Shown: positions 10,311-20,538, counted from the first letter of the stretch. The stretch is DNA of 64,000 nucleotides from Thermoplasmata archaeon (GCA_023256475.1 JAGDXP010000027.1:2106-66105), one strand, 5' to 3'. Notes: generated by a model not told the origin, from the sequence alone. Translations and numbers: made by a program.

Positions 10311-11432
10311 TTATAAGATTTCGCCTGCCTGATTCCTTTTATTGATGGGAAACATAATGAACGCTATATAAATTGTGGCTAAGAATGTAATAAGCATCAA
10401 AATGAATGTTAAGATGGCGGCCTCAGGCAATATTGCAGGTATGTTGAATAACGGGTTTATTTCCTCGCTCGCGGGTATTCCACTATTCCCAATTACTATT
10501 ATATATGGATATCTGGATACATTCATTTGAATTTCGAAAAACATCATTAGGAAATAAGATAGAGCTGCCCCTATTATGGATAATGGATAAATTAGATTCT
10601 TCAATAGCAAGCCTATGGAAAGTAGGACCATAATTATAGCCAGAACCTCACTTATGACAAGAGAATAATTACCCACCATTTGCGTGTAAATGTACTGGGA
10701 ATATGATTTGACTTCATATACAAGCCAAAGCATAAAGATTAGGGCCATCAATGAGGAAATTATTGTTATATTCCTAGATTGTTTCAAAATATGTTCTCCA
10801 AACTCACCTTTCTTTAACCTGTTATATGCATAAACCGTTACAATGAATGATGTTACGGCTATAGATATTAGCCATGTATATAGAACCAATGGGAGGTAAA
10901 TGGGGTTCATGAAAACGTTTTGGCTATTAGGTACAAATAGAGTCAATCCACTTACTGTTTCTACCTTCACCCCATAAGGATAGTCAATTGTTGCGAAAAT
11001 TGAGCTCATTCCCAATGGAACCAGTAATGCTCCTAGCGCCATGAATATTCCAACTACCATATGAACTCTTGAACTCATCTTGTCCCATGTATACCAATAT
11101 ATTGCCATAGAAACAATAGCTATCATTATTCCAACTATTGCCAAGCTAACTGGATAGAACAGGGTATCTGTCGCTGTGAATAGGAGAGAAGGCCAATATC
11201 CTGCGAGGAAAACAGTTAGCCATGTTGCAAGAACACCGGCAAAAAGATCAACCCTTATAAGGTAGGATGTCAATTTCCTTGCGAATTCCACGTTTTCTTC
11301 CCTTCTTCCAAGTCTACCAGTTATTTCGAATATTGGTATAAGGACGGAAAGTCCCAATACCACTGTTACAAAGAAGTAATGGGCAAAGAATGTAAATGCA
11401 ATTCCTATTAAACCCCACTGGAGGTTATTCAC
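10311..11432 (-). CDS. CydA' (degenerate CydA paralog serving as second subunit of an archaeal bd-type oxidase)
   Basis: CydA-like N-terminus (AHYFFVTVVLG), SRYPY in place of GRQPW, no evident b558 His; overlaps cydA stop by 4 nt. Confidence 0.75.
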   Translation of the reverse strand: MNNLQWGLIGIAFTFFAHYFFVTVVLGLSVLIPIFEITGRLGRREENVEFARKLTSYLIRVDLFAGVLATWLTVFLAGYWPSLLFTATDTLFYPVSLAIVGIMIAIVSMAIYWYTWDKMSSRVHMVVGIFMALGALLVPLGMSSIFATIDYPYGVKVETVSGLTLFVPNSQNVFMNPIYLPLVLYTWLISIAVTSFIVTVYAYNRLKKGEFGEHILKQSRNITIISSLMALIFMLWLVYEVKSYSQYIYTQMVGNYSLVISEVLAIIMVLLSIGLLLKNLIYPLSIIGAALSYFLMMFFEIQMNVSRYPYIIVIGNSGIPASEEINPLFNIPAILPEAAILTFILMLITFLATIYIAFIMFPINKRNQAGEIL

Positions 11433-12955
11433 CTTACCACCCCATTATATTTTTTAAACCCTTTTAAATAAATCAAATAAAATCCCCAGAGACCTGCAAA
11501 GAGAATTGCCAATTCCATCAGCATAATCATTATTGTAAACCATATAGTGATTGGATGGGGCGTTACAACTTCTGGATAAGTGACAAGGCCATAGATCGTC
11601 CATGGATGCCTGCCCATTTCCCTAGCTGCCCATCCTGAGATTGATGCAACAGCTCCTGAAAATGCTCCTAAGAATGATGCATATACCAAGAATTGTTCCG
11701 TATTTCTTCTGAATATTGCCCTTATGATCCTGTCAATGAATTTAACATAGAGACCAAAGTATGCCACAGCCAGTATGAATAGAACAACACCGAGTATTAC
11801 CATGGTATAATAGAAGAAATGTATCCATGGACCATAAGTGATGCTGGCCTGAATAGTCATCTGAGCATATGGATTATTTGCCCCAGGGAGGGATTCCAGA
11901 TATTCATATCCTCTGAAGTAATGGTTAAAGTTTCCATATAAGAGGAAGCTCAATATTGGATCGTAGCCACCCCTTGGCCCAATTCCTTCTGATGCATAAA
12001 ATATATTTCTCTGGAACAAGTATAACAGCCTTCCCTGCTGGTCCCCTGCGATTGGTTGAAGTATGGAAGCAATTGCACCCACTCCAAAAGTAACTTTCAA
12101 TGCTTTTAAGTTATAATCGTATTTTCCATACCCTTTAATTATCTTGTATGAAACATATGAAGCAGCTATGAAGGATGTATCTATTGTTGCTGCAAGTAAA
12201 TTATGCACATAAGTAATGACTGCTTCAGGGTTTACTATAGCTATCCAAGGATCTGTGGTGAACGGTGATAACAATTGAAACGCATTGGGAGATGCCAGTA
12301 CTATAGATCCATAATTTGATAGTGCACCAGCCAATATTCCCAGTGATTTAGAGTTTACAACATCTGGTCCCAAAGTTGGAACCCATGGCAGTATATTTTG
12401 ACCAACAAAATTACCTGTTCCCCATGGAACCTGCATCCATGCATTAACGGCAAGAATCATATATGCGGACAGGTTTGATCCAAAAAGCACTCCGAAGCCT
12501 AATAGCATATGAATTATTCTATGATTTTTGAGAATATCAAAAGTAGTGAGATAGGTACCTATAAGGACTATTTCAATTATGAATGCGTAAAGCTCAATAA
12601 TTAGCGGGGCAGCAGCCATGGATGCTATTAGTGCAATGGATCCAGACCATATGACCACTAAGCCAAATTCAACTAAGGTACCGGTTACTGCACCTGCAGC
12701 GAAGCTTATTCCCCATATCTTTGATGCATTCTTCGCCAACTTGAAATAATCATTGTCCTTCTTTATGGTGCCTATAGCCTCAAAAGTTAATACCACTATT
12801 GGAAAGCCCACCGCAAATATAAGAAATAAAGCATGAACGTAAATCCCAAGAATGGTCATGTATTCGGCCAGATTAGCATTTGCCCATGCTGAAGATAAAT
12901 CCAACGGGACTTTATTCAGGGGCAATAATTGCGGAATAACCATGGAATCTAGCAT
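11429..12955 (-). CDS. cydA: Cytochrome bd-type quinol oxidase subunit I
   Basis: HALF (His19 eq.), ELYAFIIE, NAWMQVP, HNLLA (His186 eq.), TMV (Met393 eq.), REMGRHPW; start at 12955 or 12943. Confidence 0.92.
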   Translation of the reverse strand: MLDSMVIPQLLPLNKVPLDLSSAWANANLAEYMTILGIYVHALFLIFAVGFPIVVLTFEAIGTIKKDNDYFKLAKNASKIWGISFAAGAVTGTLVEFGLVVIWSGSIALIASMAAAPLIIELYAFIIEIVLIGTYLTTFDILKNHRIIHMLLGFGVLFGSNLSAYMILAVNAWMQVPWGTGNFVGQNILPWVPTLGPDVVNSKSLGILAGALSNYGSIVLASPNAFQLLSPFTTDPWIAIVNPEAVITYVHNLLAATIDTSFIAASYVSYKIIKGYGKYDYNLKALKVTFGVGAIASILQPIAGDQQGRLLYLFQRNIFYASEGIGPRGGYDPILSFLLYGNFNHYFRGYEYLESLPGANNPYAQMTIQASITYGPWIHFFYYTMVILGVVLFILAVAYFGLYVKFIDRIIRAIFRRNTEQFLVYASFLGAFSGAVASISGWAAREMGRHPWTIYGLVTYPEVVTPHPITIWFTIMIMLMELAILFAGLWGFYLIYLKGFKKYNGVVR

Positions 12956-12994
12956 GAACAATGATTCGTATCTATAAATATGAAAATTGTTCAA

Positions 12995-13047
12995 ATTTAG
13001 GGGAATTTAATTTTTTTAAATTTCAGGGACCCTAAATAATTATTTAG
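12995..13047. terminator. Hairpin/palindrome between glpD and cydA
   Basis: ATTTAGGG...CCCTAAAT arms (12995-13037) with inner AATTTAA/TTAAATT, plus perfect palindrome CTAAATAATTATTTAG (13032-13047) over the glpD stop. Confidence 0.35.
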
Positions 13048-14392
13048 ATCTGTATTCCCTGAGTTTTTCGTCTATCAGGCTTTTTAAACTTTCGCCACCA
13101 TCTTTTTTAAAAAAGAATAAACCGAGTCGTCTTTTTATAATATCCTCTGTATATAAAGGCATTTCATATCTTATTACTTGGTCTAGCAATGTTTCAATTG
13201 TTCCCGGGCTATTTCTCTGATATAATATCTGCGGAAGTCCTTTGGTATATATCTTTCTCCCCAATAATCTTTCGATGTATTTAGCAGAATGCCTCGCTGC
13301 ATTTCTGTAATTTGTGATTTTAACTCCCATGATAGAAACCATTCTCCTATCAATTTCTATATGAAAATCTCTGGTAACTCTGCCTGGTGAATTTCCCCTT
13401 CCATAAAGAGGCCTTATACCTGCATATCCTCTTAGAATATCTTCTTCCTTTAGATCTGGTATTATCCTCTTTGCAGATCTGAAAATATAATCTCTGTCCT
13501 CGTCATCAATAGAGAATTCATTTGGAGAATCAACGAATTTATCAGTCGTACCAATTATTAGAGTTTCGTCCCTAGGTATAATGAACATTTGCCTTCCATC
13601 TATATGAGACTTAAATGCTATGGGATTTTTAATATACCCCTTGTTTTCCACTATTACATGAGATCCCTTGGATAATTTTAAATTGCTTATTTTTTTACCT
13701 GTATACATTTTAAGCGTTTCATTTACCCAAGGACCTGTGGCATTAATAACTATTTTGCAGATTGCCTTACCTGAAGTCCCAGACACCTTATCTAATATTT
13801 TTACCTCCACTTGGTTAGCTTCCTTATCATTGATTTCTGTCACCTCTGCATAATTAATAGCTTTTGAACCATTCATTGCACCTGATACTATGTTTGAAAT
13901 GGTTAGATAGGCATCATCTGATACCGCGTCGGTATACGTAAAATACCCCTTGAATCCCTTGTAACTGTATTTATCCCTATACATTTTTGGAATTCTAAGC
14001 TTTCCACCAATAATTTCATATAGGAACAAACCGAACCTTATGGTCATTGGATTCCAGGAGTAGTTATCTATGAGAATGTTGAATTCCTTCTCTTCTACGA
14101 AATTTGTATTTTTAACTAAATAGTTTCTCTCGCGCAGCAGCTCTCTTGTTAATAGTATATGCCCCTGCTGCAGATATCTGATCCCGCCATGAATGAGTTT
14201 TGATGAATAACTTGATGTTCCAGATGCAAAATCACCCTTGTCCACAAGCAATGTTGAGATGCCATTGGCTGAAAGAAGATTGAATATTCCAGCACCTGCA
14301 ATGCCACCACCTATTACGCAAGCATCAAAATATTTGCCATTTAATCCATGAACAATTATCTCTCTGGTTTTAAGTGAAAAATCTAGCTCCAT
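13040..14392 (-). CDS. glpD: FAD-dependent glycerol-3-phosphate dehydrogenase
   Basis: IGGGIAG, DFASGTSSYSSKLIHGGIRYL, NATGPW, SKGSH, GTTD, AGIRPL; GGTGA RBS. Confidence 0.92.
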   Translation of the reverse strand: MELDFSLKTREIIVHGLNGKYFDACVIGGGIAGAGIFNLLSANGISTLLVDKGDFASGTSSYSSKLIHGGIRYLQQGHILLTRELLRERNYLVKNTNFVEEKEFNILIDNYSWNPMTIRFGLFLYEIIGGKLRIPKMYRDKYSYKGFKGYFTYTDAVSDDAYLTISNIVSGAMNGSKAINYAEVTEINDKEANQVEVKILDKVSGTSGKAICKIVINATGPWVNETLKMYTGKKISNLKLSKGSHVIVENKGYIKNPIAFKSHIDGRQMFIIPRDETLIIGTTDKFVDSPNEFSIDDEDRDYIFRSAKRIIPDLKEEDILRGYAGIRPLYGRGNSPGRVTRDFHIEIDRRMVSIMGVKITNYRNAARHSAKYIERLLGRKIYTKGLPQILYQRNSPGTIETLLDQVIRYEMPLYTEDIIKRRLGLFFFKKDGGESLKSLIDEKLREYRSK

Positions 14393-14396
14393 TATA

Positions 14397-15104
14397 TCAC
14401 CTGTATTCATTTAGAATGTCAACCCTGTCAGAGATGACACCGGCATAAGCCTTTTCTTTTAGTAGTATGAATAAACCTGGATCATTAACAACCCATGGTA
14501 TGATTTTGCTTCTCTCATAAACATCCAATATTGACAATAAATTTACTTCTGGCAAGACTAACCCTATCTTTTGTAAGTAAAATTCAACATTTCGCATTCC
14601 CAGCATTGCAATGGATTCCGAATCCATATCTAATCCGTACGTATATTGTGGCCATTTTTCCTTACAATATATTAGAGGTAATGGATCAAAAGAAATTATT
14701 GTGTCCCTTCTTCCGTAAGTAAGGGATAGTGATATCACCTTATCTACCAAATCTGGATAAAACCTCCTCCCTTTTTCATCCATGGTCTTTAACTCAACAT
14801 ATAGTTTAACATCTATATGTCTAAACACATCTTCAAGGGTAGGAATCCCATAATCCTTTCCTGGAAATTTTAACCTCTTTATTTCCTCCCATGTAAGGTC
14901 ATATATGAATTCCCCCATATGAAATAGCCTTCTGAGATCATAATCATGAAACACCAAAAGCTCACCATCTTTTGATTCATGAACATCCAGTTCTATGGCA
15001 TCAGCACCATTGGTCAAAGCGTCCTTGAAAGCTGGTATTGTATTTTCTATGTTGTTCAGTGCCAAACCACGATGTGCTATAATTTCCACATAACCGGAAG
15101 CCAT
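14397..15104 (-). CDS. glpQ: Glycerophosphodiester phosphodiesterase (GlpQ/UgpQ family)
   Basis: IIAHRG...ENTIPAF...IELDVH.SKDG.L.VFHD, IPTLEDV, VELK. Confidence 0.92.
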   Translation of the reverse strand: MASGYVEIIAHRGLALNNIENTIPAFKDALTNGADAIELDVHESKDGELLVFHDYDLRRLFHMGEFIYDLTWEEIKRLKFPGKDYGIPTLEDVFRHIDVKLYVELKTMDEKGRRFYPDLVDKVISLSLTYGRRDTIISFDPLPLIYCKEKWPQYTYGLDMDSESIAMLGMRNVEFYLQKIGLVLPEVNLLSILDVYERSKIIPWVVNDPGLFILLKEKAYAGVISDRVDILNEYR

Positions 15105-15218
15105 ATTACCATATTTATTATTCGCAATTATACTACTAATCTGGAAATTCCATTTCAAATTCGGAATGTTTGTTCCTATCCTAGCAAAAATTATAAATTC
15201 CGCGCCTATACTTACAAT

Positions 15219-15944
15219 ATGACTCTGTTTAATTCCAATATAGTCGACTTATTGTTGCTCTGTATTGAACTCGTTTTACTGATCCTCACATTCATAACCA
15301 TAGTCCTCCACAGGAAAGAGGAGCAAGGGAGAGAAGAATTGATAGAAAAAATGCTGCAAACTGCCAAAATAGTGTCAAGGCAGGAATACTTCAATCTGGT
15401 AATATCCTCTATACAGGAGTCAAACAAAGAAATAGCGGGACTGATCACTGGGTCAAAACCATCAGAGGAGGATAGGGAGCTAATAAAGAAAATATCTTTG
15501 GAATTGAAAAAAGCCAATGAGAGAGGCGTAAGGATAAGATACCTTTTGCCGAAATCAACCGATAGATTTGAAGTGGCTTGCCTCTATTCTGATTCAGGCG
15601 CCAACATTAGATTTCATCCAGGTCTTTTGGTATCAGACGTTAGATTTACCATAATAGATGGAAAGACGTTGCTTCTTGGATTACCTTCCATAAGTGGAAG
15701 GGATAGTCCAACCAAGGAGGGATATATTCTTCCATCTGAGGGAATAAGCGGAATATTCATGAACATATTTGAACAACATTGGAACGAATCTGTAGAATGC
15801 GAGGAATATATTAAGGAAGTACTCGTGGATCTTTACAAGCATAATCAGAAACTATCAAAAGATAAGATATCACAGGAGCTAGGCATTCCCTTAAGAATGC
15901 TTGATTATGTATCTAAAAAATTAGAGGGCAATGAACACATTTAA
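15219..15944 (+). CDS. Membrane-anchored protein with TrmB-effector/PLD-like domain and C-terminal HTH-like segment
   Basis: N-terminal TM helix; ANERGVRIRYLL; DVRFTIIDGKTLLLG (degenerate HxKxxxxD); FEQHWNES; LSKDKISQELGIP; TATA-like TTATAAAT about 25 nt upstream of ATG 15219. Confidence 0.7.
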   Translation: MTLFNSNIVDLLLLCIELVLLILTFITIVLHRKEEQGREELIEKMLQTAKIVSRQEYFNLVISSIQESNKEIAGLITGSKPSEEDRELIKKISLELKKANERGVRIRYLLPKSTDRFEVACLYSDSGANIRFHPGLLVSDVRFTIIDGKTLLLGLPSISGRDSPTKEGYILPSEGISGIFMNIFEQHWNESVECEEYIKEVLVDLYKHNQKLSKDKISQELGIPLRMLDYVSKKLEGNEHI

Positions 15945-16001
15945 AAAAGATTAAATACCAGTATTATCATATTAAAATTTAATGATCGGAGGTGCTTTCT
16001 G

Positions 16002-16472
16002 ATGAATAATATTAGTGGAGGTAATGGAGAGCAGACCTTAAGCAGGTTGCTCAAGAGCCTCATGCATATTTACAACGATATGGCACAGGAATATCTGGAA
16101 TTGGCATCAAAAACAAGTAAGGGCAATATCAGGAAAGTTCTAATTGAATTTTCTGAGGAGTCAAGGCAAGACAGCAAAAAATTAGAGGAAATTATTAAAA
16201 CTGGTATATCAGATTTTAAGGTAAGCAACGATGAAATTGGTATTATTTCGCATCTGGAACCCAGAATGGAAGAACTTGATGATGAGGAAAAACTAATATT
16301 CGATGCCATAAAAAGAAGCGAGGAATTGCAGGGACTCTATAAATTGATAATAAATGAATATAAGGATGAGAAAATCGATGAGATCTTCAACTTGCTAATT
16401 TCTCACGAAAATTATAGGAGGAAGGAACTTCAGGAACTATATGAAAATATGATAATAAAGGATGAATGGTGA
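16002..16472 (+). CDS. Ferritin-like / rubrerythrin-like four-helix bundle protein
   Basis: Duplicated Y..LA...EE..D / AI..SE...Y...HE..R pattern (metal ligands partly degenerate); GGAGGTG RBS. Confidence 0.65.
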   Translation: MNNISGGNGEQTLSRLLKSLMHIYNDMAQEYLELASKTSKGNIRKVLIEFSEESRQDSKKLEEIIKTGISDFKVSNDEIGIISHLEPRMEELDDEEKLIFDAIKRSEELQGLYKLIINEYKDEKIDEIFNLLISHENYRRKELQELYENMIIKDEW

Positions 16473-16473
16473 A

Positions 16474-16626
16474 CTAAAATTTGAAAAATTTTATAAGAAG
16501 TTTTAAGAATGATAAGAAGTATACTGCGCTTGTTCGGCCAAAGCTTTTAATCGAAAGACCTAGACCTATACCTAGACCAATCAAGGTTAAAACAAAAGCT
16601 ATTAGAAAAATCGAAACTCTTTTCAT
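16474..16626 (-). CDS. Possible small membrane peptide (50 aa) or gene remnant
   Basis: MKRVSIFLIAFVLTLIGLGIGLGLSIKSFGRTSAVYFLSFLKLLIKFFKF translated by hand; below the ORF-track cut-off. Confidence 0.3.
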   Translation of the reverse strand: MKRVSIFLIAFVLTLIGLGIGLGLSIKSFGRTSAVYFLSFLKLLIKFFKF

Positions 16627-16725
16627 TCCATTTTGACTTATTTCAATTTCCGTATTTGAAATTTTTTAATCAGATATGCGTTTACAATGCCATAAAATAT
16701 TTTAGGAATCAATCTTTAAATCCCC

Positions 16726-17271
16726 ATGGAATTCAAAAGACAAACTGAAGATTTTCCCTACTCATTCTACGCCTACATAGAGATTTCCCAAGGTAGCAAT
16801 GTGAAGTATGAGTATGATGAAGAACTTCAAGAAATTGTGGTTGACCGTATTCTATCCACATCCATGGTCTATCCAGCTAATTACGGATTTATACCTTTTA
16901 CTAGGGGAGAAGATGGTGACCCTTTAGACGTCCTCGTATTTTCAATGACACCCATAGCTCCAAACAAAGTGATAAGGGTGAAACCCATAGCACTGGCTGA
17001 GATGGAAGATGAGGAAGGCACAGATAATAAAATAATTTCTGTTCCCTATGGTAAATCAGACCCTGCTTATAGTTACTTGGAGAACTTGAATGATATACCT
17101 CCCCATATCAAGGATACAGTGAGGCACTTCTTTGAGCACTATAAGGAAACTGAAGAGGGAAAATTCATGAAATTCCTTGGGTACAAAGACAGGGATGATG
17201 CTTTAAAAATAATAATAAGCGCTGCGAGGAAATATATTGCAGAAGATCTGGGATTCAGGAATATTCTTTAA
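16726..17271 (+). CDS. ppa: Inorganic pyrophosphatase
   Basis: KYEYD, YPANYGFIP, DGDPLDV, FFEHYK. Confidence 0.97.
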   Translation: MEFKRQTEDFPYSFYAYIEISQGSNVKYEYDEELQEIVVDRILSTSMVYPANYGFIPFTRGEDGDPLDVLVFSMTPIAPNKVIRVKPIALAEMEDEEGTDNKIISVPYGKSDPAYSYLENLNDIPPHIKDTVRHFFEHYKETEEGKFMKFLGYKDRDDALKIIISAARKYIAEDLGFRNIL

Positions 17272-17322
17272 TTTTCAATACCATTTAAAAAACTATAAAT
17301 TTAATCCTATGATTGTAGTAAC

Positions 17323-18981
17323 ATGAGTCCTAAGCGAGAGATACATGCCCCGAGGGGAAGTAAATTAAATACAAAGGGATGGGGGCAGGAAGCAGCTTTA
17401 AGATTGTTGATGAATAATCTGGATCCAGATGTTGCCAAAGATCCAGATAATCTCATTGTCTATGGTGGTAAAGGGAAGGCAGCCAGAAATTGGGAGGCCT
17501 TCGATAAAATTGTCCAGTCACTCAAAGAATTGGAAAATGATGAAACATTGTTGATCCAGAGTGGAAAACCTGTCGGTGTATTCAAGACTTCAACATATGC
17601 TCCAAGGGTTTTAATTTCAAATGCACAGATTGTCCCAAGATGGGCAACGGATGATGTATTCTGGGAACTTGAAAGGAAAGGTTTAACAATGTTCGGACAG
17701 ATGACTGCAGGTTCTTGGATTTATATTGGTACACAGGGAGTTTTACAAGGTACATATGAAACTTTATCTGCTCTGGCAAGAAAAGAGTTCAAGAGCGATT
17801 CTTTAAAAGGGAAATGGGTCCTGTCGTCAGGCTTGGGTGAAATGGGAGGAGCTCAACCACTAGCAATTACTATGAATGAAGGTGTGGCACTTGTTGTAGA
17901 AGTGGATGAAAGCAAGATAGACAGGAGAATTAAGGGAAAATACTTGGATTACAAGAGCAAGGACCTTGACGAGGCACTAAGAATGAAAGATGAATTTCTG
18001 GAAGAAGGGAAAGCGTATTCCATTGGTTTATTGGGAAATGCAGCCACAGTTTACACAAAACTTGTGGAGATGAATATAGTTCCTGATGTTGTTACTGATC
18101 AAACCGCAGCCCACGACCTAAACATTGGATATATTCCAGAAGGGTATACTATAGAACAGGCCATGGAGGAAACTCAGAAAAATCATGAGAAATACATAAG
18201 AGACGTATATCAATCTATAGTAAAGGAAGTAAAGGCAATTATATGGTTTAAAGAGCACGGTGCCAAAGTTTTTGATTATGGAAACAACTTGAGAACAAGA
18301 GCCAAGGAATGGGGGTATCAAAGGGCATTTGAAATTCCGGGATATGTACCCGCTTATCTAAGAGATTTATTCGCCATTGGATCAGGACCTTTTAGATGGG
18401 TGGCCTTATCTGGAGAGCCTTCTGATATTTATAAGATTGATGATGCCATAATTAAGAATTTTTCACAGGATGAACACTTAGTGAAATGGATAAGGCTAGC
18501 TAAAGAAAGGGTAAAGTTCCAGGGTCTGCCCGCAAGAATATGCTATGCCTCATATGGTCAGAGAGAGGCAATTGGACTCCTCATCAATGATATGGTCAGA
18601 GATGGTGAGTTATCTGCACCTGTGGCAATTGGGAGAGACCACCACGATACCGGGAGTGTTGCTTCGCCTTTTAGAGAGACGGAGGCGATGAAAGATGGGA
18701 GCGATGCCATTGCAGATTGGCCGATTTTAAATGTACTGCTTAACGCATCATCTGGCGCAACTTGGGTTTCACTTCATCACGGTGGAGGAACAGGAATAGG
18801 GAATTCAATACACGCTGGATTTGTACTTGTGGTTGACGGTACCAAAGAAGCTGAGGAAAAGGCAAAGAGAGTCCTAAATGCTGATCCTGGAATCGGGGTC
18901 ATAAGGCATGCTGATGCCGGATATGAGGATTCCATAAAATTGATAAAGAAAGGAGTTAAATTTAAAACACCGTACTTTTGA
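17323..18981 (+). CDS. hutU: Urocanate hydratase
   Basis: [41 protein letters not shown]. Confidence 0.98.
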   Translation: MSPKREIHAPRGSKLNTKGWGQEAALRLLMNNLDPDVAKDPDNLIVYGGKGKAARNWEAFDKIVQSLKELENDETLLIQSGKPVGVFKTSTYAPRVLISNAQIVPRWATDDVFWELERKGLTMFGQMTAGSWIYIGTQGVLQGTYETLSALARKEFKSDSLKGKWVLSSGLGEMGGAQPLAITMNEGVALVVEVDESKIDRRIKGKYLDYKSKDLDEALRMKDEFLEEGKAYSIGLLGNAATVYTKLVEMNIVPDVVTDQTAAHDLNIGYIPEGYTIEQAMEETQKNHEKYIRDVYQSIVKEVKAIIWFKEHGAKVFDYGNNLRTRAKEWGYQRAFEIPGYVPAYLRDLFAIGSGPFRWVALSGEPSDIYKIDDAIIKNFSQDEHLVKWIRLAKERVKFQGLPARICYASYGQREAIGLLINDMVRDGELSAPVAIGRDHHDTGSVASPFRETEAMKDGSDAIADWPILNVLLNASSGATWVSLHHGGGTGIGNSIHAGFVLVVDGTKEAEEKAKRVLNADPGIGVIRHADAGYEDSIKLIKKGVKFKTPYF

Positions 18982-19160
18982 TGGAGCTATCAATGATACA
19001 TAGAGTATGCCCGCAGTGTGGATCAGAAAATATAGATTTCGAAATAGGGTTCATAACGGGAAAATATAAATGCAATGATTGCGGCTACGTTGGATCAGTA
19101 ATTTTCGAATTGGATGACAAAAATCTTGAGAAATTCAGGGAAGATTTAAAGAAAAAATAG
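18978..19160 (+). CDS. Small CPxCG-type zinc-ribbon protein
   Basis: CPQCGS...YKCNDCGY. Confidence 0.75.
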   Translation: MMELSMIHRVCPQCGSENIDFEIGFITGKYKCNDCGYVGSVIFELDDKNLEKFREDLKKK

Positions 19161-19195
19161 CATAAAATTAAATAATTGATTTTCGTTAATATTAT

Positions 19196-20116
19196 ATGAA
19201 TTTTTTTCAAGAAATAATGTTGCAGGCTGGAGGATTGAGTATAGGAGAGGAGGTTCTAATATTCATAGTAGCTATCATCATCCTGGCTTTTCTATTCTAT
19301 TCCATTAAAATCGTGAAAGAATATCAAAGGATAGTAGTATTCAGATTCGGAAGAGCTCTTGCTGAGAAAGGACCCGGTATAGTATTCATTTGGCCCATAA
19401 TTGATTATCCTGTAAGGGTTGATCTAAGAGAGAAATTCCTTACGGTTCCTCATCAAACGTGCATCACCAAGGATAATGCACCGGTAGATGTGGATTTTAT
19501 AATTTACTTTAAGGTTGTAAATGCTTCCGATTCGGTCATCCAGGTACAGAACTTCGAAGGGGCTGCATTGGGCATTGCCACAACAACTTTGAGAGCTGTC
19601 ATTGGAGACATAATGCTTGATGAAGTTCTATCCAAAAGGGAAAATATCAACGCTATTCTAAGGACGAAGTTGGATGAAGTTACCACAAGGTGGGGAGTAA
19701 AAATAACCAACGTAGAGATAAGGGAAATATTGCCTCCCAAGAATGTTCAGGATGCTATGATATTGCAGATGAGTGCGGAAAGGAGCAGGAGAGCTGTTGT
19801 TACAGAGGCAGAAGGTAAAAAGGCTGCTGCTATAACTGTGGCAGAAGGTGAAAAACAGTCTAACATTCTAAAGGCTGAAGGAGAAAGGCAGGCTGCAATA
19901 TTGAGGGCAGAGGGTTATGCATTGGCTTTAACCACAATATACAACGCGGCCAAGCAGATAGATAATAAGACGCTGGCATTACAATACCTTGATGCACTAA
20001 AGAACATAGGCTCGAGTCCATCAACGAAATACATAATACCCATGGAATTTACAGAGTTGATAAAACCATTTACAGAAACATTAAAGGGTGCGAATGATAA
20101 TAATACTAAACAATGA
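19196..20116 (+). CDS. SPFH/band 7 stomatin-like protein
   Basis: EYQRIVVFRFGR, ITKDNAPV, TTLRAVIG, AERSRRA coiled coil. Confidence 0.95.
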   Translation: MNFFQEIMLQAGGLSIGEEVLIFIVAIIILAFLFYSIKIVKEYQRIVVFRFGRALAEKGPGIVFIWPIIDYPVRVDLREKFLTVPHQTCITKDNAPVDVDFIIYFKVVNASDSVIQVQNFEGAALGIATTTLRAVIGDIMLDEVLSKRENINAILRTKLDEVTTRWGVKITNVEIREILPPKNVQDAMILQMSAERSRRAVVTEAEGKKAAAITVAEGEKQSNILKAEGERQAAILRAEGYALALTTIYNAAKQIDNKTLALQYLDALKNIGSSPSTKYIIPMEFTELIKPFTETLKGANDNNTKQ

Positions 20117-20125
20117 TTACATGCC

Positions 20126-20536
20126 ATGTCTCATGAGCTAACATTGATTCAGAGGTATGGGTACAGGACAATAATCGTACTCATTTTATTATTTGTATTT
20201 TCAACTTTCTTGCTTTTTGAATACATAGTTACTGGCTATGTGCATACAACATTATTAATTCTTTCCATCCTATTCTATACAATAACCATAGTGCTTATAG
20301 TTGGATTCAGCCTTACGAGAGTCAAAAAGATAAATAAAAGCTATTTTACCATGGAGAGCCTGTTAGGTAAAACAGGGAAGGTAATAAAGGCCTGCAAACC
20401 AGGAGAAAAGGGTTCGGCTACCGTGGCTTCCGAGGATTGGAGCATTGAAAGCGACCAGGAACTTTTTGAAGGGGATACCATCGAGGTAATTGGCATTATG
20501 GAGGATAAGGTTACACTGAAAGTTAAGAAAATATAA
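20126..20536 (+). CDS. Short NfeD family protein (TM helices + OB fold)
   Basis: LLGKTGKV...G...SEDWS...GDTIEV...LKVKKI. Confidence 0.85.
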   Translation: MSHELTLIQRYGYRTIIVLILLFVFSTFLLFEYIVTGYVHTTLLILSILFYTITIVLIVGFSLTRVKKINKSYFTMESLLGKTGKVIKACKPGEKGSATVASEDWSIESDQELFEGDTIEVIGIMEDKVTLKVKKI

Positions 20537-20538
20537 TT

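Noticed and set aside
14979-15218. 80-aa N-terminal extension of the TrmB-like ORF in the track
   Set aside because: Overlaps glpQ on the opposite strand; TATA position supports ATG 15219
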